Of a DNA stretch of 64,000 bases, positions 1-9,876 are shown in pieces. The position numbers were made by a program, and so were the translations under genes. Position 1 is the stretch's first letter, and every line of letters begins with the position of its first letter. A model generated the notes under the pieces. That model did no database searches and was not told where the DNA came from. It worked only from the letters and a program-made list of their open reading frames with translations. Source of the DNA: Leptolyngbyaceae cyanobacterium (GTDB taxonomy: Bacteria; Cyanobacteriota; Cyanobacteriia; Phormidesmidales; Phormidesmidaceae). The DNA lies in contig JBHJHA010000019.1 of assembly GCA_050331235.1 (NCBI GenBank), positions 32,001-96,000 of the forward strand, read 5' to 3'.

Positions 1-1532
1 TTGGCTCCGGACAAATGCAGTTGCCCTTCGTTCTGCAATCTGCCCAAACGATGAAAGCCGCCGTCGCCTACCTCGAGCCCTACATGGAAAAGTCTGACAG
101 CGACGGCTCAGGCAAAGGCACGTTTATCATCGCCACCGTCAAAGGAGACGTTCACGATATCGGCAAAAACCTGGTGGACATCATTTTGTCCAACAACGGC
201 TATAAAGTTGTCAATTTGGGCATCAAACAGCCAGTGGAAAATATCATCCAAGCCTATCGCGAGCACAATGCCGACTGCATCGCCATGAGCGGGCTGCTGG
301 TCAAATCCACTGCCTTCATGAAGGACAATTTAGAAACTTTTAACACTGAAGGCATCACCGTGCCCGTGATTCTCGGCGGCGCGGCGCTGACGCCTAAGTT
401 TGTCAACGACGACTGCCAAAAAACCTATAAGGGTCGCGTCGTGTATGGCAAAGATGCCTTTGCTGATCTGCACTTTATGGATAAGCTCATGCCGGCCAAG
501 GCGGGCGACAACTGGGACGATTTCCAAGGCTTTTTGAACGAAGTGGACGAGGCTGAGTTCACCCCACCGGAGGAGGAAACCAGCCCGACAGCCGCGGTGG
601 GCCCTGAGACTTCAGAGACTGCTGCGATCGCTCCCACCATTGTTGATACCGAGCGATCGCAGGCCGTTGCGATCGCAATTGCTCGACCAACACCGCCGTT
701 CTGGGGCACCCGCATCCTCAATCCTGAGGACATTCCGCTAGAGGCAGTATTTAGCTATCTAGATTTGCAGGCCCTCTTTGTCGGCCAGTGGCAGTTTCGC
801 AAAGCCAAGGACCAGTCGCGGGCAGCATACGATGCCTTTCTCCAAGAAACGGTGCACCCCATTCTCGATCATTGGCAAGCGCGCATTCAAGCCGAAAACC
901 TGCTGCAGCCACAAATCATTTACGGCTATTTTCCTTGCTTAGCTGAGGGCAATTCTCTACACATTTACGACCCCGAGTTGGCCACCCATCCCACCGTTGC
1001 CCAAACGGTCGATGCCCTGCCTGACCCCATTGCCACCTTTACCTTCCCGCGACAAAAATCGCTGCGCCGCCTGTGCATTGCAGACTTCTTTTTGCCTAAG
1101 GAGCAGGCTCAGCCGGGGCAGTTTGATGTTTTCCCCATGCAGGCAGTGACCGTCGGCGAAATCGCCACCGAATTTGCCCAAAAGCTCTTCCAAGCCGATC
1201 AGTACACTGACTACCTCTACTACTACGGCTTGTCTGTGCAAACGGCGGAAGCCATGGCGGAATGGTGCCATGCCCGCATTCGGCGTGAGTTGGGCTACGG
1301 CGATCAGGAACCAGCCACCCTGCGTGAGATTTTGCAGCAGCGCTACCAAGGCTCCCGATACAGCTTTGGTTACCCGGCTTGTCCCCATATCCCTGATCAG
1401 TTTGTGCAGCTTGATCTGCTACAGACCGATCGCATTGGTATGCACATGGACGAGAGCGAGCAACTCTACCCAGAGCAGTCCACCACAGCCATCGTGGCCT
1501 ATCATCCCGCGGCGAAATATTTCAGCGCTTAG
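1..1532 (+). CDS. metH: Cobalamin-dependent methionine synthase, 3' portion (5' end outside window)
   Basis: B12-binding motifs [12 protein letters not shown] and SGLL, GGA; C-terminal activation domain [10 protein letters not shown]...PEQST; frame is open to the window edge. Confidence 0.97.
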   Translation, partial: GSGQMQLPFVLQSAQTMKAAVAYLEPYMEKSDSDGSGKGTFIIATVKGDVHDIGKNLVDIILSNNGYKVVNLGIKQPVENIIQAYREHNADCIAMSGLLVKSTAFMKDNLETFNTEGITVPVILGGAALTPKFVNDDCQKTYKGRVVYGKDAFADLHFMDKLMPAKAGDNWDDFQGFLNEVDEAEFTPPEEETSPTAAVGPETSETAAIAPTIVDTERSQAVAIAIARPTPPFWGTRILNPEDIPLEAVFSYLDLQALFVGQWQFRKAKDQSRAAYDAFLQETVHPILDHWQARIQAENLLQPQIIYGYFPCLAEGNSLHIYDPELATHPTVAQTVDALPDPIATFTFPRQKSLRRLCIADFFLPKEQAQPGQFDVFPMQAVTVGEIATEFAQKLFQADQYTDYLYYYGLSVQTAEAMAEWCHARIRRELGYGDQEPATLREILQQRYQGSRYSFGYPACPHIPDQFVQLDLLQTDRIGMHMDESEQLYPEQSTTAIVAYHPAAKYFSA

Positions 1533-1610
1533 TGCTCGGCCGCCAGTCTTCTCATTTCCACTGCAGCTAGTTAGCTTAGAATCCAAACAAGCTTAGCGAG
1601 GGAAGGTGAG

Positions 1611-2735
1611 GTGAAACTCTCGGACTGGATTAGCCTGATCTGTTTTGTGATTGCGCTGGTAATTCTCTGGCAGTTTCGGGGTGTGTTGCTGCTGGTATTT
1701 GCTGCCGTCGTGCTGGCGATCGCCATGAATAGCTTAGTGCGACGCTTGGTGCGGCGGTTTGACCTATCTCGCGGGAGGGCTGTCCTTCTGGCGTTGACCT
1801 TGGTATTACTCGCAACTGGGCTCTTCGCGGTTTTGATTTTGCCCCTCTTTGTCAATCAGTTTGAGCAACTGCTGGAGCTGGTGCCCCAGGGGTTTAATCG
1901 CCTGGATGTCTGGGTGACCGGTCTGTTGGCTAGTCCTCCCAGTTGGCTGCCCGAAGCGATCGCCGAGTTTGAGCTGCCTCAGCTCTCAAATCTGATTGAA
2001 CAATTCGTCAGCTTTAGCGGTCAGTTTTTTGGCAACTTTGTCAGCTTCTTTTCCGGCTCGGTGGTGACACTACTTCAGCTCCTGCTGTTGTTTGTCCTCG
2101 CCGTCATGTTTCTCAGTGATCCGGACGCCTACCGCAATCTCCTGCTCCGACTGTTTCCCGCTAGCTACCGACGACGGGCCAACGACATTCTCGACAAGTG
2201 CGAATGGTCCCTCCTGTGCTGGCTGGGGGGCGTTTCTATCAACTCCGCCTTTGTCGCCACCCTCAGCTTTGCTGGACTACTCGTTCTACAAGTGCCCTAC
2301 CCGTTTGCCAATTCCATGTTGGCTGGGTTGTTCAACTTCATCCCGAATATCGGGCCGGTGCTGAGCGCTATCTTTCCGATCATTGTGGCCCTATCGCAAT
2401 CCTTTGGTAGCGCGATCGCCGTTTTGATTCTCTACATCGTGATTCAAAACCTGGAGAGCTACTGGTTTAGCCCCATGATGATGCAAAAGCGAGTTGCTCT
2501 GCTGCCCGCTGCAACGCTGATTGTGCAACTCTTTTTTGCCAACTTTTTAGGACCGGTGGGGTTGATCTTGGCCCTACCACTAGCCGTAGTTTGCAAAATC
2601 TGGATTGAGGAAGCCTGGATTGTTGACATTTTAGAACGGCATCAGCAACCCCACGATCTGCCAATTGCCGCCGTTGACCCACCCTCTGAACTAGAGGCCG
2701 CTGCCGTATCCGACCCCCCTAGTCAAGCGCACTGA
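1611..2735 (+). CDS. AI-2E family transporter
   Basis: Multi-TM protein; FNFIPNIGP, IQNLESY, GPVGLILALPL motifs. Confidence 0.88.
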   Translation: MKLSDWISLICFVIALVILWQFRGVLLLVFAAVVLAIAMNSLVRRLVRRFDLSRGRAVLLALTLVLLATGLFAVLILPLFVNQFEQLLELVPQGFNRLDVWVTGLLASPPSWLPEAIAEFELPQLSNLIEQFVSFSGQFFGNFVSFFSGSVVTLLQLLLLFVLAVMFLSDPDAYRNLLLRLFPASYRRRANDILDKCEWSLLCWLGGVSINSAFVATLSFAGLLVLQVPYPFANSMLAGLFNFIPNIGPVLSAIFPIIVALSQSFGSAIAVLILYIVIQNLESYWFSPMMMQKRVALLPAATLIVQLFFANFLGPVGLILALPLAVVCKIWIEEAWIVDILERHQQPHDLPIAAVDPPSELEAAAVSDPPSQAH

Positions 2736-2834
2736 TGTATGGCGATGAGGGACACAGCTTGGGGCCTTGGGTCTGTAGACGCGGCTAAAGGCGATCGCTA
2801 GGATAGAGGGTGGTTCTTTCACTACTTACTAGCC

Positions 2835-3293
2835 ATGAGCCTCAAAGATCGCATCTCTGAAGACATCAAATCCGCCATGAAAGCGAAGGATAAAGTTCGC
2901 TTAGAGACCGTTCGCAGCATCAAAAAAGTCATCCTTGAGGAAGAAAGCACCGCCCGCGGCAAAGGCCAAGATGCCCTGACCGCCGAGCAAGAGCTGGAAG
3001 TGCTCACCCGATTGGCGAAACAGCGGAAGGACGCCATTACCCAATACAACGACGCCAACCGGGCCGATCTGGCTGACCAAGAAGCCGCAGAACTCGCCAT
3101 CATCGAAGAGTATCTACCGGCACAAATGTCCGACGAAGAGATCGAAGCCGTCATCGACGGTCTGATTGCACAGACGGGGGCAGCCTCCGCTAAGGACATG
3201 GGTAAAGTCATGGGCCCCGCCATGAAAGAGCTCAAAGGCCGGGCCGATGGTGCCAAAGTGCAGGCATTGGTAAAAAGCAAACTCGCTAGCTAA
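2835..3293 (+). CDS. GatB/YqeY domain protein
   Basis: MSLKDRISEDIKSAMKAKDK...KQRKDAI...KDMGKVMG...ADG signature. Confidence 0.93.
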   Translation: MSLKDRISEDIKSAMKAKDKVRLETVRSIKKVILEEESTARGKGQDALTAEQELEVLTRLAKQRKDAITQYNDANRADLADQEAAELAIIEEYLPAQMSDEEIEAVIDGLIAQTGAASAKDMGKVMGPAMKELKGRADGAKVQALVKSKLAS

Positions 3294-3304
3294 GTACGCA
3301 CGAC

Positions 3305-3330
3305 CGGAGACCGCAGTTTTACCGTCTCCG
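3305..3330. terminator. Hairpin between convergent genes, possible terminator
   Basis: CGGAGAC-N12-GTCTCCG inverted repeat; no long U-tract. Confidence 0.4.
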
Positions 3331-3357
3331 ATCAAGCCGATTAGCCATTGGGATTGC

Positions 3358-3825
3358 TTAAAGCGGTGCATAACCAAAGGTCACATCAAATTCGCGGCAC
3401 CAGATCGCCACCGCTTGATAGTCATCGAGATCGATATCAGAGCCGATGAGGTAGCGCTGTCCACCCTCAAAGCTTTGTAGATCGCCCACGACGACGTAGT
3501 CAGAGCCCTCGATATTGACCGGCACACTGGCGTCATCGCCATAGAGCACAACTTGCACATCAGGCCCCATGGCGGTGCTAAATTCGCCACTAAAGACGAT
3601 ATAGGTCTGACCATTTTCGGTCACGACGCTGGCATTACCCGTGGTGGCTTTTTCTTGCTGGACGGTGACAAATTGCCCGGTAGCCGAGGCGATCGTCACC
3701 GCCTCTGTAGTCACGCTGCTTTGTGCTAGCGCAGCAAACTCAACGGGCCTAAAGGCATTGGCCCCACTAGCGATGGTGAGACCCAGAGTGGTTGCAGATA
3801 GTGCGGCAATCAGTAAACGACGCAT
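3358..3825 (-). CDS. Secreted DM13 domain protein
   Basis: Signal peptide; GPDVQVVL, G.QRY.I, VAIWCREFDVTFGYA motifs. Confidence 0.88.
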   Translation of the reverse strand: MRRLLIAALSATTLGLTIASGANAFRPVEFAALAQSSVTTEAVTIASATGQFVTVQQEKATTGNASVVTENGQTYIVFSGEFSTAMGPDVQVVLYGDDASVPVNIEGSDYVVVGDLQSFEGGQRYLIGSDIDLDDYQAVAIWCREFDVTFGYAPL

Positions 3826-4115
3826 GGAATTAATCTCCTAGGGTGAACTGGACTGTTTCCTTAGTTGTTATCTTCAGTCTTGAGTTTGAAAAGCCTTTGA
3901 CATCCCGGTGAGAACTTCCTGAGCACAGGCCGCTTGGCATAAGAAGGACCTGAGACGCGATCGCATTATTACCAGCAACACTACTGAAGATCACCCTGGC
4001 GACGGGATAGAACCGCTGGCCTGATTCGCCGTTCTGCCCTTAGAGCAGTCATGGTTTGGGTGCGATCACCCTACAAGCCCTAAAATCAAAGGCGTATGGC
4101 TTAGCGGCGACGACC

Positions 4116-4625
4116 ATGAGCATTTCCCACGCTTCCCTACGTCCAACAACGGCTGAGGATCTTGAGTTTGTCCTCCAGGCCGAATCAGCGGCCCACGCGG
4201 CTGGATTTGTTCGGTTGTGGACGCGCGATCGCCACCAGCAGGCTTTTCACGAGCCCGACGAGCGTCACTGGATCGCCGTCGATGACCATCATCAAATTCG
4301 GGTCGGTTACTTGATCTTGATGGGGGTCGAAGATCCAGACCGCTCCTTACTGATTAAGCGCATCGTGGTTACCCAAACCGGGCGGGGCTATGGTCGCTGC
4401 GTCTTAGAGGCCGCCCTCAAAATCGCCTTTCTGGAATTGGGGGCCCACCGAGTTTGGCTCGATGTGATGGAAGATAACGAACGAGCGCGATCGCTCTATC
4501 GCCAGCTTGGCTTTGTTGAAGAGGGCTGTTTGCGCGAGAGTGTCAAGCGGGGCGATCAGTTCATTTCTATGTGGCTGATGTCCATGCTCAGAGCAGAGTT
4601 CGATGTCCGCTTTGCCCCAGCCTGA
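4116..4625 (+). CDS. GNAT family N-acetyltransferase (RimJ/SpeG-like)
   Basis: GRGYGR acetyl-CoA motif, RVWLDV..NERARSLYRQLGFVEEG; ATG 4116 chosen as start. Confidence 0.88.
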   Translation: MSISHASLRPTTAEDLEFVLQAESAAHAAGFVRLWTRDRHQQAFHEPDERHWIAVDDHHQIRVGYLILMGVEDPDRSLLIKRIVVTQTGRGYGRCVLEAALKIAFLELGAHRVWLDVMEDNERARSLYRQLGFVEEGCLRESVKRGDQFISMWLMSMLRAEFDVRFAPA

Positions 4626-4738
4626 CCATTGCCACCCACCTGACAAGCTAGGAGGCGCGTCGCCGACTTTGCGAAACGGCCATTTCTTGAGAAAGTGATA
4701 AATGCATTTCATTGAGTTTGGTAGGCAAGCAGTCGGTC

Positions 4739-5623
4739 ATGGTAAAAACAGCCTGGGTATTTCCCGGACAGGGGTCACAGTCAATTGGCATGGGCGCAGA
4801 CCTGATGGAGCACCCTGTGGGACAAGCGCGTTTAGCGATCGCTGACGATATTTTAGGCTGGTCTGTGAAAGGTGTTTGCCAAAGCGAAGCCGACAAAGTC
4901 TCCAACACGCAATACACGCAACCGTGCCTTTATGTTTTAGAGAGCATTTTGGTTGATTTACTTCGGGAGCAGGGACACCAACCCGATTTAGTCGCGGGGC
5001 ATAGCCTCGGCGAGTACGGTGCGCTCTATGCCGCAGAGGTTTTTAGCTTTGGGTCCGGTTTACGGCTGGTCAAGCGACGAGGTGAACTGATGTCTCAAAC
5101 CTCTGAAGGCATCATGGCTGCGCTGATGGGCTTTGATCGCGGGGAGCTAGAGACCACCATTGCCGAGCATGACGGCGTCGTCTTGGCCAACGACAACAAT
5201 CCCGGTCAGGTGGTGATTTCGGGCACTCCAGAGGCAGTCGATGCCGTATTGTCAACGGTCAAAAGCAAACGCGCAGTGAAACTCAACGTGAGCGGCGCTT
5301 TTCACTCGCCTTTGATGGCTCCAGCGGCCCGCGAATTTCAAGAGGTCTTAGAGGCAATTGAATTTCAGTCTGCCCAGGTGCCGGTGTTGTCCAATGTATC
5401 GCCTACACCCACTACAGATGCCGCTACCCTTAAACAGCAGCTCGCCCAGCAAATGACCAGTTCCGTGCGCTGGCGCGAAATCTCCCTCTCCTTACCAGAG
5501 CACAGCGTTGAGCAGGTTTGGGAAGTGGGTCCTGGCAATGTGTTGACGGGGCTCATTAAGCGCACCGTTAAGACGCTCACCCTCAAAAATGTGGGCACTG
5601 TTGACCAGTTGAATAGTCTATAG
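4739..5623 (+). CDS. fabD: Malonyl-CoA:ACP transacylase
   Basis: FPGQGSQ, GHSLGEY, VSGAFHSPLM. Confidence 0.97.
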   Translation: MVKTAWVFPGQGSQSIGMGADLMEHPVGQARLAIADDILGWSVKGVCQSEADKVSNTQYTQPCLYVLESILVDLLREQGHQPDLVAGHSLGEYGALYAAEVFSFGSGLRLVKRRGELMSQTSEGIMAALMGFDRGELETTIAEHDGVVLANDNNPGQVVISGTPEAVDAVLSTVKSKRAVKLNVSGAFHSPLMAPAAREFQEVLEAIEFQSAQVPVLSNVSPTPTTDAATLKQQLAQQMTSSVRWREISLSLPEHSVEQVWEVGPGNVLTGLIKRTVKTLTLKNVGTVDQLNSL

Positions 5624-5638
5624 CCAGAGGCTTTGGAT

Positions 5639-6280
5639 ATGGATGCCCGCGATCGCGAACCAACGGCCAGTTTGTTGCTGTACTACTTGTTTAAGTGGTC
5701 AGTGGTCAATCCCACCTTTCGACTTTACTTTCGCGGGCAAGTGCACAACAGCAAGCAGGTGCCCAAAACCGGTCCCCTCATTGTCGTGGCCAACCATGCC
5801 AGTGACTTTGACCCGCCCATCCTATCCAGCTGCGTTCGCCGCCCAGTCTCCTTCATGGCCAAGGAAGAGCTCTTTGAGGTGCCGGTCTTAGCGCCGGCCA
5901 TCCGTTTGTATGGGGCCTATCCGGTCAAGCGCGGTAGCGCTGATCGCAGTGCCATTCGCGAGGCACTCAAGCAGCTAGAGCAGGGGTGGGCCGTAGGCAT
6001 TTTTCTCCAGGGCACCCGCACCGCTGACGGCAGTATTCCCGCACCCAAGTTGGGGGCAGCGCTAATTGCGGCCAAAGCCCAAGTCCCCTTACTACCAGTG
6101 AGTTTGTGGGGCACCCACCGCATTTTGCCGAAAGAGGCCAAACTACCGCGTCCCACGCCGTTGACGGTGCGCATCGGCGAGCCCATTGATCCTCCAGCAA
6201 AAACCGATAAGGCACTGCTCCAGCAAACCACTGAGGAGTGTGCCGCCGCCATCCATCAACTCCACGACCTTGGACGCTGA
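5639..6280 (+). CDS. plsC: 1-acyl-sn-glycerol-3-phosphate acyltransferase
   Basis: NHASDFD (HX4D), FMAKEELF, FLQGTRT; directly follows fabD. Confidence 0.92.
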   Translation: MDARDREPTASLLLYYLFKWSVVNPTFRLYFRGQVHNSKQVPKTGPLIVVANHASDFDPPILSSCVRRPVSFMAKEELFEVPVLAPAIRLYGAYPVKRGSADRSAIREALKQLEQGWAVGIFLQGTRTADGSIPAPKLGAALIAAKAQVPLLPVSLWGTHRILPKEAKLPRPTPLTVRIGEPIDPPAKTDKALLQQTTEECAAAIHQLHDLGR

Positions 6281-6378
6281 CCCCGCGATCGCGGGGTCGC
6301 CGTTGCCTGGCAGCCTGTCCATCGTCCCAAAAATCAAATGCCACGCGGTACAATGGCTTCCTAGTCACTGATGAGTCG

Positions 6379-6678
6379 ATGACGCAACAACTCAAGCAAG
6401 AACTAGAAGCCATGATTGGGCCAGCAAGCTGGTACAACCTTTTGCCCCATGCCGCCCGTGACAGCATTGTCATTGTCGATCCGGGTCTGGAATTAGCCGA
6501 CGTTGGGGTCGCGGTGGCGACCGATAACGTGAGCTACGTACAGCGCTGGATCAGCGAAGCCTTAATTACGAAGCCTACGGTTGAGCAGATGGTAACTTGG
6601 GATCGCGATCGCAGTCGGCAATTTCAAACACTGATCGTGCAGCCCTACGTCCTTATCCAGAGCACCGACGACAACTAG
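6379..6678 (+). CDS. DUF2288 family protein
   Basis: W..L.PHA.RD, VA.DNV..VQRW, LIVQPYVL pattern. Confidence 0.8.
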   Translation: MTQQLKQELEAMIGPASWYNLLPHAARDSIVIVDPGLELADVGVAVATDNVSYVQRWISEALITKPTVEQMVTWDRDRSRQFQTLIVQPYVLIQSTDDN

Positions 6679-6776
6679 CCTTCTGTAAATGCTCTTGAAG
6701 CTCACCATGCTGGCCGTGGCAATCAGGTCACCAGCCGATATTGTAAATATGACATTGTTATGAGCGCACCATACTC

Positions 6777-7763
6777 ATGGGTCGAAGCGTTTCTCCCAAC
6801 CCACCGCCGGTCAAGCAGCTCAGCCTGTTTCGCACGCCATTGCCCTGGCTCAATGCCTTTTGGAAATTTTCTCGACCGCATACGGTCATTGGTACTAGCC
6901 TCAGTGTAATTGGCGTTTTTGTTGTGAGCTGGACTGTCATTCAAGATAGCAGTGTAGCCCCAGTTCTCAATCCATTCTCCCTATTTTTGCCGCTGATGGC
7001 GTGTCTCGCCGGCAATATTTATATCGTCGGGCTCAATCAAATCGAAGACGTTGAGATTGATCGCATCAACAAGCCTCACCTGCCGATTGCCTCCGGGGAA
7101 TTTTCCCGCGCCGATGGTTGGAGCATTGTGGTTTTTGCCGGCAGCCTCAGCATCTTGTTGGCGGCATTTGGCGACTGGTATCTGTTAGCCACCATTTTGA
7201 GTAGCTTGTTCATTGGTACTGCTTACTCAGTTCCCCCCATCCGCCTCAAACGCTTTCCGTTTTGGGCGTCGGCCTGCATCTTGACCGTCCGCGGAGCCGT
7301 CGTCAATTTGGGCCTCTTTCTGCACTACATCTATCAGTTTGGCCTGGCACCTCAAATTCCCAACCGCATGTGGGCGCTGACGCTCTTTGTGATCGTTTTC
7401 AGCATTGTGATCGCCATTTTTAAGGATATTCCTGACATTGAGGGCGATCGCCGGTTCGATATCACGACCTTTACCGTTCGCGTCGGTCAGGCACGAGTTT
7501 ACCAAGTTGCCCGCCTTATCCTCAGTGTTTGTTATCTGGGTATGATGGCTGCCACGCCCTGGCTCGGGGGCGTCAACTGGATCTTCATTTTGTTAACCCA
7601 TACCGGGCTCTTGGGCCTCTTTTGGTGGCGCAGCTACCGTGTGGCTATGCCCGAACAAGTCACAGCCGATTTGCCCCTCACATTTGCTGATTTTTACCAG
7701 TTTATTTGGCAGCTCTTTTTTCTAGAATATTTGCTCTATCCCATCGCCTGCTTACTGGGCTGA
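6777..7763 (+). CDS. hpt: Homogentisate phytyltransferase (UbiA family, tocopherol synthesis)
   Basis: FSRPHTVIGT, GLNQIEDVEIDRINKPHLPIASG, KDIPDIEGD, YQFIWQLFFLEY. Confidence 0.93.
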   Translation: MGRSVSPNPPPVKQLSLFRTPLPWLNAFWKFSRPHTVIGTSLSVIGVFVVSWTVIQDSSVAPVLNPFSLFLPLMACLAGNIYIVGLNQIEDVEIDRINKPHLPIASGEFSRADGWSIVVFAGSLSILLAAFGDWYLLATILSSLFIGTAYSVPPIRLKRFPFWASACILTVRGAVVNLGLFLHYIYQFGLAPQIPNRMWALTLFVIVFSIVIAIFKDIPDIEGDRRFDITTFTVRVGQARVYQVARLILSVCYLGMMAATPWLGGVNWIFILLTHTGLLGLFWWRSYRVAMPEQVTADLPLTFADFYQFIWQLFFLEYLLYPIACLLG

Positions 7764-7817
7764 GTCGTTGAGCCGTAGTAGAGAGCTGGCAATTACCATC
7801 ACCAGGCCAAGCTGACC

Positions 7818-8228
7818 ATGCCACCCTCTTCCACAAAACAGCTCGGTGACGACGGCGAAGGATTAGTCGCTCAGTGGCTACAGCAGCAAGGGTGGCAGAT
7901 TTTAGCTCAACAATGGCACTGCCGATGGGGTGAGTTAGACCTGATCGCTCGTCATCCTGACCCAGCAGTGGGGGTCGCCTTTGTCGAGGTCAAGACTCGC
8001 CATCGTAGCGGCATCGATCAAGGGGGGCGATTAGCCATCACCCTCCAAAAGCAGCAAAAGCTCTGGCACAGTGCTCAGTTGTTTTTGGCTGAGCATCCAG
8101 AATATTGTGACCTGCCCTGTCGGTTTGATGTCGCGTTAGTGCAGAAAAGCCGTCCTCGTCATCCGACTGATTCCCCCCACCTCAAACTCGATGCCTACAT
8201 TGAGAACGCCTTTCAGGGAGTCGGCTAG
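7818..8228 (+). CDS. YraN (UPF0102) family putative endonuclease
   Basis: G..GE, GELDLIA, FVEVKTR, RFDV. Confidence 0.92.
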   Translation: MPPSSTKQLGDDGEGLVAQWLQQQGWQILAQQWHCRWGELDLIARHPDPAVGVAFVEVKTRHRSGIDQGGRLAITLQKQQKLWHSAQLFLAEHPEYCDLPCRFDVALVQKSRPRHPTDSPHLKLDAYIENAFQGVG

Positions 8229-8241
8229 CCTAAATATCAGT

Positions 8242-8272
8242 GGGGGCGATCGCAACCGCCCCCCAGAAAAAT
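8242..8272. terminator. GC hairpin between convergent genes, probable terminator for the minus-strand DUF928 gene
   Basis: GGGGGCG-atcgcaac-CGCCCCC followed by an A-run on the + strand. Confidence 0.45.
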
Positions 8273-8366
8273 AGGCCATTCATTCGTCAAACGACTGGCT
8301 AAGGGTAAGAGGAAGCCAAACCTCTAGGACTTTAACCCTTCGCCCCTCATCGGTGAGTGAGTCCCC

Positions 8367-9086
8367 TTAGGGAATCCACCACGGCTGGTCGGCCAGTGCC
8401 TCTAGCCCTACAGATGAAAGTAGCTCAGTCCACTCGTCTTGTAGCGTTTCGGTATCGGGGTCAGTCATGCGGACAGCCGCCAGGGCATCAACGGCATCGA
8501 ACCAATATCCGTTGCGGGCGTACAGGGCAGCGGCTTCTAAATCTGAAGCTGAGGCCAGTTCATCTGTCAATCCAGATTCTGGCAAACGACGCTCAATCCA
8601 GCCAGCAATTTGCAGATCCCCGTTTTCGCTCTGGGGGTTGCAAAAGGCCGATACTTGCCAGCGATAGCGCTCACCGGCGACCAAAGGCAGCAAGGATACC
8701 GTCTCCGGCAATTGCAGACTGACAATACCGGCTTCGCCCGTGACCGTAACTTTTGCCTCGTACAGCGTAGCGATCGCCGCGTCCGTGTCGTCAACTTGCG
8801 TCAAAGTAAAGCGGACAAACTGCGCCTGGCTCAGCGGCATATACCAATAGAACCGAGGATACGCCGCCGTCGTTAGCCCAACGTTGCTCTCGGGCATCAG
8901 GGCGATGAGGTTAGCCGGATTTCCAAACCCGCAGCCTCGCGTACCGGCGCTTTCACGACGTCCAGGGGCCCCAAGTCCCGCTGGCGGCACGTAGGGAGCA
9001 GCCAGCGCCATAGCTCCGTGTCCGATGATCGTGAGCCCCAACAGCATGGGCAAAATCTGCGTAAAGGGCGATCGACCAGTTTTCAT
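8367..9086 (-). CDS. DUF928 domain secreted protein
   Basis: Signal peptide; GAPGRRESAGTRG, LIALMP, P.FYWYMP, YARNGYWFDA; start codon uncertain. Confidence 0.88.
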   Translation of the reverse strand: MKTGRSPFTQILPMLLGLTIIGHGAMALAAPYVPPAGLGAPGRRESAGTRGCGFGNPANLIALMPESNVGLTTAAYPRFYWYMPLSQAQFVRFTLTQVDDTDAAIATLYEAKVTVTGEAGIVSLQLPETVSLLPLVAGERYRWQVSAFCNPQSENGDLQIAGWIERRLPESGLTDELASASDLEAAALYARNGYWFDAVDALAAVRMTDPDTETLQDEWTELLSSVGLEALADQPWWIP

Positions 9087-9876
9087 AGCAGTCTCCATAG
9101 ACTTCAGCGATGAGATAGATACCGACTTGCGTCCACCTTCCCCTCTCCATGACTCTACCCTAAACGGCAAAGTGCCCTAAACGCCAAACGAATGTTGCCG
9201 AGCAGACCCTTAGCAGGCCCAACCTTTTCCCCGGTGATAGCACCAGAGGACTAATCGCGCCTTGGTGCTGGTGTAGGCGGCTAGCCACTCAGCAAGCGTC
9301 AACTGACCAAAATGGACAGAATTCATCCCCTCCCCGAGGAAACTCATGGTGATCCGCGTAAAACTCAGACTCTCCAAATGCGTATATGTACTGAGCAACT
9401 CAGCCCCCATCTCCGCAATATCTCGCTAGAAGGTATTCCTTAAGAAGCCCGTAATACCTCCGTGGCAAGAAGATAACCGACATTTCTAGAATGTTAGTGT
9501 AGTTAAATTCACTACGACGACGGCATGTATATCACTTGATTAGGGGTCAAAGACATCGGTTCAAGTTGAGTGCGAGCCTGTGGACACTCTGCATTCACAA
9601 ATCGCTTTGAGCCCATCAAAGGTAACCGTTGAGTTTGTACCAGAGTTGAGCCTATCGGCTTAGTTCGGGTATCGACTGAGCACTCTCGGTTTGTGCAGAC
9701 ACTTGGCCAGCCAATGGGAACAGAAGACCCACCATCTACATTGATTTTGCGGCAGTTTCTCTGTTGATAGCAGCAGTTTAGCCAAGCTACCTGTGAGACT
9801 GCGTCATCGCTGCCTCTGTCCCCATACCTGGACCTGTCCAACAAGCGCCCTTTATTAAAAGCGCCGGATTAATCCT

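Noticed and set aside
2822..3280. 152-aa antisense ORF mirroring yqeY, and similar shadow ORFs elsewhere
   Set aside because: Antisense shadows expected from codon bias of the real genes
9498..9513. NtcA/CRP-like site TGTAGTTAAATTCACT
   Set aside because: Partial match with no correctly spaced -10 element
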